The notes below the pieces were generated by a model. The model did not search any database and was not told the origin of the DNA. It saw only the letters and a list, made by a program, of their open reading frames with translations. From positions 352,540 to 416,539 of IMG/VR virus record IMGVR_UViG_3300028840_002431: a stretch of 64,000 nucleotides of DNA; one strand, given 5' to 3'. The stretch's first letter is position 1; each line of letters starts with the position of its first letter. This document shows positions 48,801 through 56,846 of the stretch, piece by piece. Made by a program: the position numbers and the translations under genes.

Positions 48801-50707
48801 CTCGCGGCCTTTCTGAGGGCTTCTTCAAAATCCATGCGGGCTGTCTTTTTCTTCTTGGGCTTCTCTGGCCCGCGCCATTTGGTGGTACCCTCGATCCTGT
48901 CCTTGAGAGAAGCGCAGAAGGCTCCCGTGTCCGACACTTTGCCTTCCATCTTCTTCATACACTTCTTGACATCACCGCCGATGGACTTCCAGAACTTCTT
49001 GCGGCTTTCGTCCGTCCAGCCTTCCGGCATGGTCTCCCACTTGGCCGCGACCTTGTCCTTGTCCTGGCCAAACAGTTCCGACGCGGCGACCTTCTCCATC
49101 TCTAGCTCGACCATCTTCTCGGCGCACGGAAGACAGATGTCGGCCACCTCTTCCGCTGTCAGATAGAAGTCGGGTTCCTGAGCTTCCAGAGCCTCTTCAA
49201 ACGCTACTCTCGGGTTGCTCATGGACGCCTCCTTGGCTAGATAGTTGGAGGGGACCGCCTTCTTGACCGCTTTGGCTACGGTCTGCCCCGCACGGCTGCC
49301 GACATCACTGATGTGGACCTTGCCGCCTTTCCAATACGCTATCTTGTCGCCGCCCATCCAATTGCCATCCAGGCGTTCTCCGTCAGTGGAAAGCTTCTTA
49401 CTCTCCATTGACTTATGCTCATAAAAAGCGTCTATCACCTTCTTATCCTTGGGGCCTAAACGCAAATCAGCTTGCTTCTCCGTGGCTGCAACATGCAAAG
49501 CCGCCTCGAATTCAAACACCGGGTCAACAGAAGCCGTCTTGTCCATGTGTGTGATAACTCCCGTCATGAAGGCCAGATGGGTGTAAGCCTCGTACAGAGC
49601 CTCCATCCGCCGTTCGTAAGAATACCCGGCGAGCGGGGATTCCTGGTCCACCTTGTCGTCCCGGAGTTCCTTGAAGGCTTTTTCGGCCCTGTCGTAGGAC
49701 TCCTGGAGAGCCTTGATCTGGTTCTGGTCGCCACGGGACTTGGAACTCTTCCCCTTGTCGATAACACCATCGGCCAGCTTCATACCGGCCTTGGCTTCAT
49801 CTAACAACCGGTCCTTGGCCTTCTCGATATTGGCTATGGCCTTCTTCTTTCCTTCGTCCCGGTCCCCACGGTACTTGTAGTCGCTGGTCCGGCTCCACGC
49901 CTTTAACGCCCGCTCGAATTGTTTGAAGAACTTGTCAGCGTTCTTCTTACTCCGCTCCGCCTTCCGACGGACCTTCATGTCTCCTAACACAGAGGGAGCG
50001 TCAGGTTGTTGCGGATCGGTCAAGTCTTGCCACACAACATTGTACGCACGCCACACATATAGAAGTTTTCGCATGGCGAACCGGTGTGGATCGGCCGCCT
50101 CATCCGTCTTGGCATCCATGTAGGCGCGGGCCGCCTTGTGCTGGGCCTTCTGGACATTGATGTAACCCTTCTTGATGTCCTCCTGGTCCAGCTTACCCGA
50201 CTTCAAGCCGTCTTCGAGCTTCTTCTGTAGGGCCTTGATCTTCGGGTGGTCGTAGGACTCGTTCTTATCGAGGTCCGCCGCTGGCATGTCATCGATGGCC
50301 CTCTTGGCTTCGTTGGGAAGCCCTCGCAACCACTTGGAGGGGAGCTTCATACCGTCAGGCATCTTCTGAGGGTAGTACTTGTGGTTCTTCTCAGTCCGAT
50401 ACGCCTCTGACCTTTGGTGTGCCGGTTCGTCCTTGATCTCGTCGGAGGCAACCCTGGCCTCCAACACCGTCTGGAACTCGACTGCCGCCAGCTTCGAAAT
50501 CATTCTCTTCTTGCTCTGAATGGTGGCTTCCAGACCCTGTTCGATTGTCTTAGCGTTTTCGAGAGTCAGGTTTTCGACGGCCTTACCCGCTTTCAGGTCG
50601 GCCATGTCTTTGCGGAGCTTTTTCAGATCCTGTTCGTCTCTCTTGAGGGCCTCTTGCCACTCCTTCTTGGTCGTCTCGTAGGCAGCCTTCTCCATACTTA
50701 GCTCCAA
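48797..50707 (-). CDS. Lys/Glu-rich modular protein (putative internal head polyprotein)
   Basis: 636 aa (TTG at 50707 or ATG at 50695); modules separated by RVAS, KTAS, KEAS, KVAA and AFEEAL linkers. Confidence 0.75.
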   Translation of the reverse strand: MELSMEKAAYETTKKEWQEALKRDEQDLKKLRKDMADLKAGKAVENLTLENAKTIEQGLEATIQSKKRMISKLAAVEFQTVLEARVASDEIKDEPAHQRSEAYRTEKNHKYYPQKMPDGMKLPSKWLRGLPNEAKRAIDDMPAADLDKNESYDHPKIKALQKKLEDGLKSGKLDQEDIKKGYINVQKAQHKAARAYMDAKTDEAADPHRFAMRKLLYVWRAYNVVWQDLTDPQQPDAPSVLGDMKVRRKAERSKKNADKFFKQFERALKAWSRTSDYKYRGDRDEGKKKAIANIEKAKDRLLDEAKAGMKLADGVIDKGKSSKSRGDQNQIKALQESYDRAEKAFKELRDDKVDQESPLAGYSYERRMEALYEAYTHLAFMTGVITHMDKTASVDPVFEFEAALHVAATEKQADLRLGPKDKKVIDAFYEHKSMESKKLSTDGERLDGNWMGGDKIAYWKGGKVHISDVGSRAGQTVAKAVKKAVPSNYLAKEASMSNPRVAFEEALEAQEPDFYLTAEEVADICLPCAEKMVELEMEKVAASELFGQDKDKVAAKWETMPEGWTDESRKKFWKSIGGDVKKCMKKMEGKVSDTGAFCASLKDRIEGTTKWRGPEKPKKKKTARMDFEEALRKAAR

Positions 50708-51448
50708 TCAGTTCCACCCTATTTTACAGTACCGTGTCAGGGTGTCTCCCGGCACGGGAGACGAAATGGCGTCCACCACCTGGAAGTAACAAAGCTCCTC
50801 CACTACAGGATCACTATAACTTCTTTGCCAACGCCATCGAACAGCCCACAACCCCGGCTGACCGCACTCTCCCGCCGTCCCTGTCACGTAATAACACCCC
50901 GGCTTAGACTTGACAGGTTGACGATTGGCGGGGCCTATTCGCTTCAAGGCACACCCGGTCTGCATCTGGTACATGGAGTAACAAATCCAGACTGGATCAA
51001 CGCCTCCCGGAACTTGGTACAAAATGTCCCCCATCGTGAACGTGTGGCCCCAACGAAATACCAACGAAACCGTGGGCGTCGCACAAAGAGGCGGCGGGAC
51101 ATGAACCACGTCCAAATAACCAGTGACGACACCGACGCCGACAATCGGTCGCGGCTGCGATAAGGCGACTCGGGCAGAACCTTGGATGAAACCTTTGATC
51201 CCCATCCAGGCCATCACGTCGCCAGCGACGTTACTACCACCGACCGTGGAACCAGCTAGGTCCTTCAAACTACCGTCGATCAGTTCTCCCGAACCGACCA
51301 CGTAGCCAGACACGTTGAACGTGCTGACCGTGTCCCCGGTTACACTCGAAGAGCCTGTGATGGGATCAACGATATCGAGAGTCAGCGAAGGCGACCCGTC
51401 TACTGTCGCCGCACCTGTCGCCGTTCCGTCGATATCATAAAGAGGCAT
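50708..51448 (-). CDS. Structural protein: N-terminal G/S/T-rich beta repeats plus Cys-rich Ig-like domain
   Basis: 246 aa; the C-terminal domain aligns by eye with the adaptor N-terminus. Confidence 0.6.
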   Translation of the reverse strand: MPLYDIDGTATGAATVDGSPSLTLDIVDPITGSSSVTGDTVSTFNVSGYVVGSGELIDGSLKDLAGSTVGGSNVAGDVMAWMGIKGFIQGSARVALSQPRPIVGVGVVTGYLDVVHVPPPLCATPTVSLVFRWGHTFTMGDILYQVPGGVDPVWICYSMYQMQTGCALKRIGPANRQPVKSKPGCYYVTGTAGECGQPGLWAVRWRWQRSYSDPVVEELCYFQVVDAISSPVPGDTLTRYCKIGWN

Positions 51449-51463
51449 CCCATCTCTAACTTA

Positions 51464-51847
51464 TCAAGTTTCTTGGACGAGAAGCTGACCCGACGGAAAA
51501 CGCACCTGATCCGATACCAGGACCGTCCGTGGAGTGCTCAGGTTCCCGAAGTACAACATGTTGCCGCCAGAGGCTGCGTCCAGGAGCGCAAACGCCACGA
51601 TTGTCCCCCAGGTCGCTGTGGCCACCGGGAAGGTAATGTCCGTGGTGTTAGAAGTCTGACCGTTGACGGGGGCCGCGAATGTTGCAATCTGACGGCCATA
51701 ACCCCCGCCTGAAACTTCTGTGCCACCGCCTCCAACATTAGGGGCGACTGTGTAAAGAGCGACATAAACCGTTGTCGGGGACGTGTAGGGGGTAGCCCGT
51801 AACGCAGCGTTTATGAAGTTGTCGTCAAGATAATATGTCTTAGGCAT
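51464..51847 (-). CDS. Phage minor structural / fibre-anchor protein (paralog of 53714-54115)
   Basis: VYVALYT..P..GGGTEVSGGGYGRQ...NTTDITFPVATATWGTIVAFALLDAASGGNMLYFGNL motif, a pattern common in phage structural modules. Confidence 0.65.
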   Translation of the reverse strand: MPKTYYLDDNFINAALRATPYTSPTTVYVALYTVAPNVGGGGTEVSGGGYGRQIATFAAPVNGQTSNTTDITFPVATATWGTIVAFALLDAASGGNMLYFGNLSTPRTVLVSDQVRFPSGQLLVQET

Positions 51848-51886
51848 GATCCCTCTATTACGAGAACTGATTAAAGCTTCCGGAAC

Positions 51887-52270
51887 CTACATCCAAAACT
51901 TTCTCTCCGTTAGCTCCAGTCCTTTGTCCTTAGCCTTCGTCTTCAACGACACAACTTCCGCTGGCACAAACCTTCCGGACCAGAAATACCCTACCCGCAC
52001 CACGCCCTGGTACTTCGTGGAGTTGACATCAATCTGCCCTGGCCGCGCCTCTACCCCTCGCATCACGGAGTTAGCACCCTCTCGAACAGCGGCTACAGCG
52101 TCGTCTATCCGACGCTTCGAGGTGCTGGGATCGGCTCCAGCCCACGCGATTTGAATATTGGTACAGAAGAAGGCCCCCTCTTTTCCGGCGTACATTATCA
52201 CGTCCGGGTATGTTTCCCCGTGCGTGGCCGCTTCTTTCAGCGCTTCTTCGAATGCCTTACGAGGGTCCAT
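51887..52270 (-). CDS. Hypothetical protein with PRKAFEEALKEAA tag (127 aa)
   Basis: Start moved to the ATG at 52270 (GAGG RBS) to avoid overlap with the upstream gene. Confidence 0.7.
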   Translation of the reverse strand: MDPRKAFEEALKEAATHGETYPDVIMYAGKEGAFFCTNIQIAWAGADPSTSKRRIDDAVAAVREGANSVMRGVEARPGQIDVNSTKYQGVVRVGYFWSGRFVPAEVVSLKTKAKDKGLELTERKFWM

Positions 52271-52277
52271 CCTGACC

Positions 52278-52703
52278 TCAACAGTTGGGGCAACAATCGG
52301 TGCCCGTTCCGATAAGCGAAGCTGATAGGCCACCGGTTCCGGTGGGTAAGCTCTGTTTAACGTCGAAGTCCTGGGCCAGCACCTGCTTACCTGCTGGGTA
52401 CGACAAGAGGTTTCGCCAATACCCTAACGTGTTGGGCCTGAACCTGACATTGTAGTACCCAGGCTGTCCGGGAACCTCGTGGACATAAACATTCCCGGAC
52501 ACCACCTGTTCGTCCGTGACCCCGACCCCGGAGAGAAGAGGCCACGGCTGGGCCTCATTCTCGTAGAAGATGGTAGAAACCAAGTCGGAAGGAATGAGAC
52601 CCACTACCCGTGTGAAACCGTCCCCCGCGAAGAAGTCAGCCTGATCCAACACTACTTCGTTAGCTTGAACAACTCTCCCTCGCGTGGTGGCAGTGGTTCC
52701 CAT
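52278..52703 (-). CDS. Ig-like beta-sandwich structural protein
   Basis: 141 aa; PGYYNVRFRPNTLGYWRNLLSY resembles BppU-type Ig-like domains. Confidence 0.55.
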   Translation of the reverse strand: MGTTATTRGRVVQANEVVLDQADFFAGDGFTRVVGLIPSDLVSTIFYENEAQPWPLLSGVGVTDEQVVSGNVYVHEVPGQPGYYNVRFRPNTLGYWRNLLSYPAGKQVLAQDFDVKQSLPTGTGGLSASLIGTGTDCCPNC

Positions 52704-52855
52704 TATCCAGTCTTCTTAGGTTCCTTGGGACGGTTCTTGTCGCTCCCGGCAGACGCCTTTCCAACCAAAGAAGCGGATACGGACATCCTTCTGACAGGCA
52801 CGACAGACGCCTTGGAAGACCCTTCCATTTTCACTTCGATGTTAGAAGCCGTCAT
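52703..52855 (-). CDS. Small basic protein (50 aa)
   Basis: ATG at 52855 with GAGGAG RBS; TAATG coupling to the next gene; fills an otherwise empty gap. Confidence 0.45.
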   Translation of the reverse strand: MTASNIEVKMEGSSKASVVPVRRMSVSASLVGKASAGSDKNRPKEPKKTG

Positions 52856-53624
52856 TGTTTGACTCCTCTTCCCGCCGCCCACGACCCGGTGTCGTAATAG
52901 GTCCGACCGAGAATGACGGGGGCACAGGTGCCGGTGGTACAACCCGTATGGTAGGCACCGTGAGAGGCCGCGCTGTCACAGGGATTTGCGGTCCTCGCAG
53001 GGTGTTAGTAACCGTGATGCCCGCTGGATCGTAGATGATCGCGGAATCACCCGCCACAGTCATGTCCAGGGCACCGACAACAACACCTGTCGGTGTACAA
53101 CTTGAATCCCCAGCCATCGTCGAGGCAGCGTCGTACACAACCGTCGCACCGGGGGACATACTCGAATCAGCGTTCATCGTAACGCTTTCCTGGTCGAATA
53201 TGTCCACGTCCGCTGTGATTGACGAGTCACCAGCCATAGAGGCAGCCGCGTCGTACACAACCGTCGCTCCCGCCCCAAGGTTGGAGTCGGCACTCATCGT
53301 AACGCTTTCCTGGTCGAATATATCCAGGTCCGCCGCTACAGATGAATCTCCGTCCATGGAAGTGGCACCGGCATACGTGACAACAGGTCCCGCACTCGCG
53401 GCGGAATCTCCGTCCATGGACGACACGCCCGCCCAAATTGCAGCGCCTCCCGCACCAACGGAGGAATCCCCGTCCATACTAGAGACACCATCCCAAACGA
53501 CGCCAGCACCAGCACCGACAGCGGAATCGCCGCCCATGGAGGCGATAGCGTCCCAAAGGACGGTAGCACCAGCACCAACGGAGGAGTCCGCACTAAAGGA
53601 CGCACCAATTTCAACAATAGCCAT
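52842..53624 (-). CDS. 20-residue-repeat beta-solenoid/fibre-like protein
   Basis: About 9-10 repeats of MxGDSxVxA(G)xxVxYDAxxS followed by a Pro-rich tail. Confidence 0.7.
   Translation of the reverse strand: MAIVEIGASFSADSSVGAGATVLWDAIASMGGDSAVGAGAGVVWDGVSSMDGDSSVGAGGAAIWAGVSSMDGDSAASAGPVVTYAGATSMDGDSSVAADLDIFDQESVTMSADSNLGAGATVVYDAAASMAGDSSITADVDIFDQESVTMNADSSMSPGATVVYDAASTMAGDSSCTPTGVVVGALDMTVAGDSAIIYDPAGITVTNTLRGPQIPVTARPLTVPTIRVVPPAPVPPSFSVGPITTPGRGRREEESNNDGF
53036..53609 (-). repeat. Coding tandem repeat, 60-bp unit with 120-bp higher-order duplication
   Basis: DIFDQESVTM..DS occurs twice, 40 aa apart; CATCGTAACGCTTTCCTGGTCGAATAT at 53176 and 53296. Confidence 0.85.
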
Positions 53625-53653
53625 TAGGCTTCACCTCCGTTAAAAGGGTCAAG

Positions 53654-53687
53654 AGAAGAGTTGCGGCCGACTGACCGCAACCCCCTC
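53654..53687 (-). terminator. RNA hairpin (possible terminator or stabiliser)
   Basis: 13-bp stem with two G-U pairs that form only on the minus-strand transcript; 8-nt loop; weak downstream U-tract (CCCTTTTAA). Confidence 0.4.
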
Positions 53688-53713
53688 TTACATGGCCCCT
53701 TGTCGGCAAAAGC

Positions 53714-54115
53714 CTAAGACTCAGTGACCGTGAGAGCGCCGATGGCGAAGTTCAACTGGTCTCCGACACCAACGACCTTGGAGGCAGTCAGATTGCCGAA
53801 GTACAGTACGTTGCCAGCGCCCGGTGTGGCGTTGTCAGTGACCGCAGCACCAACCACGGTTCCCCACGCAGCGCCCGCTACGGGGAAAGTGACGGCACCG
53901 GAGTTCGAGGTCGAAGCCGAAGCCGCAGCCGCGAACGTGGCCGCAACACGGTTGTAGAGGGTACCGCCAGCGGTAGTGACCTCTGTTCCCGGCGTTGTTG
54001 CAGTCGGAGTCACAGTGTAGAGCGCAGCGTAGACGTTCGCAGGAGAAACATACGCGACGTTCCGCAACACAGCGTCAAGAAGAAGATTGGATAGAGTTTC
54101 AGCCTTAGCAGCCAT
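53714..54115 (-). CDS. Phage minor structural / fibre-anchor protein (paralog of 51464-51847)
   Basis: VYAALYTVTP...GTEV...VTFPVAGAAWGTVVGAAVTD...NVLYFGNL. Confidence 0.65.
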   Translation of the reverse strand: MAAKAETLSNLLLDAVLRNVAYVSPANVYAALYTVTPTATTPGTEVTTAGGTLYNRVAATFAAAASASTSNSGAVTFPVAGAAWGTVVGAAVTDNATPGAGNVLYFGNLTASKVVGVGDQLNFAIGALTVTES

Positions 54116-54176
54116 GGTTATTCCTCTTTCTAGTTGTTGTTAGGGGCCAATTCGCATCTGATTTGATCTCTACCCA

Positions 54177-54431
54177 CTACGACATATGACAGACCGACTT
54201 CAGCGACTTCACATTGTGGGCATACGGCTGGGCCGGAACCTTCCCGGTGTTGTTAAACCATGCCGTTTTAAGTTCATCGATGTTGGCGATACTCGTATCA
54301 AAAACGAAGTAAACTCGCCCGTTCTCCCTGTCCGTCCTTTTCATCTCCACTCCCGCCGTCTGTAAATAGGCGGCGAAATAGAGATCCGGCGTCCGGAATT
54401 CACCGGGCTTCGATTGAATCCTATTTGACAT
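54177..54431 (-). CDS. Small DUF5659-like protein
   Basis: TPDLYFAAYLQTAGVEM....ENGRVYFVF pattern recalled for DUF5659; not verified by search. Confidence 0.55.
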   Translation of the reverse strand: MSNRIQSKPGEFRTPDLYFAAYLQTAGVEMKRTDRENGRVYFVFDTSIANIDELKTAWFNNTGKVPAQPYAHNVKSLKSVCHMS

Positions 54432-54509
54432 ATCTCAATCCTCATCTAAGCACCTTTTCGGTGACACTAACTTCATCTTGGGATCTGTTTTTTATCTACA
54501 TCTATATCT
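54432..54509 (-). repeat. AGAT-repeat leader (7 copies in 78 bp)
   Basis: Plus-strand ATCT at 54432, 54444, 54475, 54483, 54494, 54500 and 54506. Confidence 0.75.
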
Positions 54510-54527
54510 GGGTTACTACACTCCGGT

Positions 54528-55640
54528 CTAAGTGACCGTGAACTCGTTCGAGGCAAGGCTGGTGTACTGCACGATGACCTTGGAACCTGCCACACCAAGG
54601 CTGTTCAGAAGGGACGCGGGGATCACGATGGTGGTAGGAGCAACTCCGCCCTGAGTACCACCCGAAAGCGTGGTCCTGATCGTGTACTGATAGAGCTTGA
54701 CCGAAATCGCCCCACAAGCCGATGTGACCCGGACCACCGTCTGGTCAACCTCAGGGTCAGGGTGCCCAAGGTTGGTTCCCGTGATGGTGATGTCACCCGC
54801 ATTCGGGTTGTCGGACGCCGCGCCACCGATCACTGTGAGAGGAGCCGTGAAGGGCGTAACACCGTCATCTGCCACGACCTCGATAGCCGGTCCCGGCGTC
54901 AGAGGCGGCATGGCCCTCGGATCGGGGTTGTAAGAAGCATCCAGGAACCCGGAAATCATCCCGACCTGAAAGCTCTTAATCGCCACATCAGTGTCGATGA
55001 ACTGAGGGGCGATCGTGTCCGCGAGAGCGTTCAGTTGAGCCAGGGTGGCTCCCGCGCCCACGGTGGCGTACAGAGTCGCCGTAGAAACATCGAGAGGGCC
55101 GCCGACGGGCAGACAGGTCGTAACGACGGTGGCCACTGTCGGCACCGTGAACGAGCCGCCCGCTCCGAAACCAACCACGCCGTTGAACGTGGAGGGTGGA
55201 TCAGCATCGATCTCGACATAACTGCCGACTCCCGGCGTATTGCTCTGTAACACCATGTAGGTGCCAGAATCATCCAGCCGGGCGGTGGCGTCCAAGCCAG
55301 CCGTGGCAATGGCGGTGTTCACGGCGTCCACCAGATCCTGGCCGGAAGCGTATACCGCTGCCGCCACAGTGACCGTGGTGAAGGCTGCCGCCGACGCCAC
55401 CTTGGCCTCAAGAACGTCATCGACGCCGAGAGTGACCGTGGCACCGCCTGAGATGTCCGTCGTGCCTTGAAGACCCGCAGGAATTACCCCTAACGCGCCC
55501 CCGACAACCGTTGAATCGGGTCGTCCAACACGCCGCTCTTGGCCTTCCGGCTCCGTGGGCGGGTTGTACCGACTGATCGGCTCCAGATCCATTAATGCAA
55601 GCGGTCCTGGAATATCTCCTCGAATAACACCAACGCGCAT
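54528..55640 (-). CDS. Putative decoration/structural protein with C-terminal IPT/TIG-like domain
   Basis: 370 aa, A/G/T/V-rich; C-terminal domain paralogous to 56063-56671; central module resembles the sheath insertions. Confidence 0.55.
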   Translation of the reverse strand: MRVGVIRGDIPGPLALMDLEPISRYNPPTEPEGQERRVGRPDSTVVGGALGVIPAGLQGTTDISGGATVTLGVDDVLEAKVASAAAFTTVTVAAAVYASGQDLVDAVNTAIATAGLDATARLDDSGTYMVLQSNTPGVGSYVEIDADPPSTFNGVVGFGAGGSFTVPTVATVVTTCLPVGGPLDVSTATLYATVGAGATLAQLNALADTIAPQFIDTDVAIKSFQVGMISGFLDASYNPDPRAMPPLTPGPAIEVVADDGVTPFTAPLTVIGGAASDNPNAGDITITGTNLGHPDPEVDQTVVRVTSACGAISVKLYQYTIRTTLSGGTQGGVAPTTIVIPASLLNSLGVAGSKVIVQYTSLASNEFTVT

Positions 55641-55651
55641 AGCCTAGCTCC

Positions 55652-56047
55652 TTATGGTTTTCCGACTGCAACCTCTGTTGCGGGGGTCTCCGTGAACTTT
55701 CCGCGTAGCTGATCCCTTCTTAACAACTTGAGAATAGAACCGTAATCGGAGTAATAACCCGCCACGGCCTTGAGGAACCTGAGTTGGTCCGCTCGCCACG
55801 CGAACTTGGCCTCTCTGGACCAGATCCGCATTCTCCGCAAATATTTGATATACTTTGGCGCATACTCTAGTGTCTTGAACTCGTCCTGTGCTAACTCAAG
55901 GTTCGCCTGTCGTGCCAAAACATCCTTGAGAATAAGTTGGACTTGTCGCATGAGGAACAGGTTCTTCGGCCGCCATTGTTGCTTGACGGCCATGAAGTCC
56001 GAGACATCCTCTTGCTCCAAAATCCATGGGATGTAGTGGTATTGCAC
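55652..56047 (-). CDS. Hypothetical basic/aromatic protein
   Basis: 131 aa, GTG start, fills the gap between neighbours. Confidence 0.6.
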   Translation of the reverse strand: MQYHYIPWILEQEDVSDFMAVKQQWRPKNLFLMRQVQLILKDVLARQANLELAQDEFKTLEYAPKYIKYLRRMRIWSREAKFAWRADQLRFLKAVAGYYSDYGSILKLLRRDQLRGKFTETPATEVAVGKP

Positions 56048-56062
56048 ACCGGGTTTTCCCTG

Positions 56063-56671
56063 CTACGGGGTTACGGCCACCACCGCTGTAAGTTGCTCAT
56101 TAGCGAGCACCTGTACCGAAGACACAGCCGGACCGATGCCTGGAACCAACGCGGCAGGGATAACGATCGATGTCGCTCCCACAGTTCCACCACCGCCCGT
56201 AATCTGCGTCTGGGTTAATGTGACAGCCCCAAAGCCGGTGATGACCACCGACGTGATATCAGGCGGGACCGACAAGAAAGTGGTTCCTGTCAAAGTCAGA
56301 TCGCCAGGGCCGGGGTTGTTGATCTGAGCCACCGTCAACGTCGGGGCTTGCACCTGAGACGCTGTCAGCGACAGAACGTCAATGGCCCCGGATTGCTGGA
56401 AACCGTAGATCTTACCCTTTCCAGCCGAGTGAGTGACTCTCTGGGTCTCCTGTAGATCTATGTACCCCTGAATCAAAGGATACCCAGCGGATGCCTGAGT
56501 GCGGGGAACATAACACTCCTGCTTGGGTTTACCGATTATGCCGTCTCGAACATAGGCATTGGGATCGGCCGTCGAACCGAGACGGTGATATTGCTTGTTC
56601 GGGAGACCGTCATCGATGTCATCGATCAGAATCGCGTTCGAAACAGTCTGTTGGTGAATGAGCCTTAACAT
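56063..56671 (-). CDS. Putative decoration/structural protein with IPT/TIG-like C-terminal domain
   Basis: Start moved to the ATG at 56671 (GAGG RBS). GDLTLTGTTF...GATSIVIPAAL matches GDITITGTNL...APTTIVIPASL of 54528-55640. Confidence 0.55.
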   Translation of the reverse strand: MLRLIHQQTVSNAILIDDIDDGLPNKQYHRLGSTADPNAYVRDGIIGKPKQECYVPRTQASAGYPLIQGYIDLQETQRVTHSAGKGKIYGFQQSGAIDVLSLTASQVQAPTLTVAQINNPGPGDLTLTGTTFLSVPPDITSVVITGFGAVTLTQTQITGGGGTVGATSIVIPAALVPGIGPAVSSVQVLANEQLTAVVAVTP

Positions 56672-56846
56672 ATAGCGCCTCTCAATTGGTTCACTAAGAT
56701 CTAAGGATCTCAGCGTGGCACGGGACCTTTTGTGAAAGGCAGCCAATAAAAGAAAGTGCAGAATTTTACTGGCTTCTTCCGTCGATTTCCGAAAGTGTTG
56801 GAAAAACCAACAGCGCCCGCGACGCCGAAGCCTAAAATTTAGCGCT

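Noticed and set aside
54432-54509. CRISPR-like or parC-like array
   Set aside because: The repeated unit is only 4-8 nt with irregular spacing; there are no 25-45 bp direct repeats with spacers, no cas genes and no recognisable ParR.
56796-56813. TGTTGG-AAAAA-CCAACA hairpin as a terminator after the GT4 gene
   Set aside because: A short 6-bp stem without a following U-tract; insufficient evidence.
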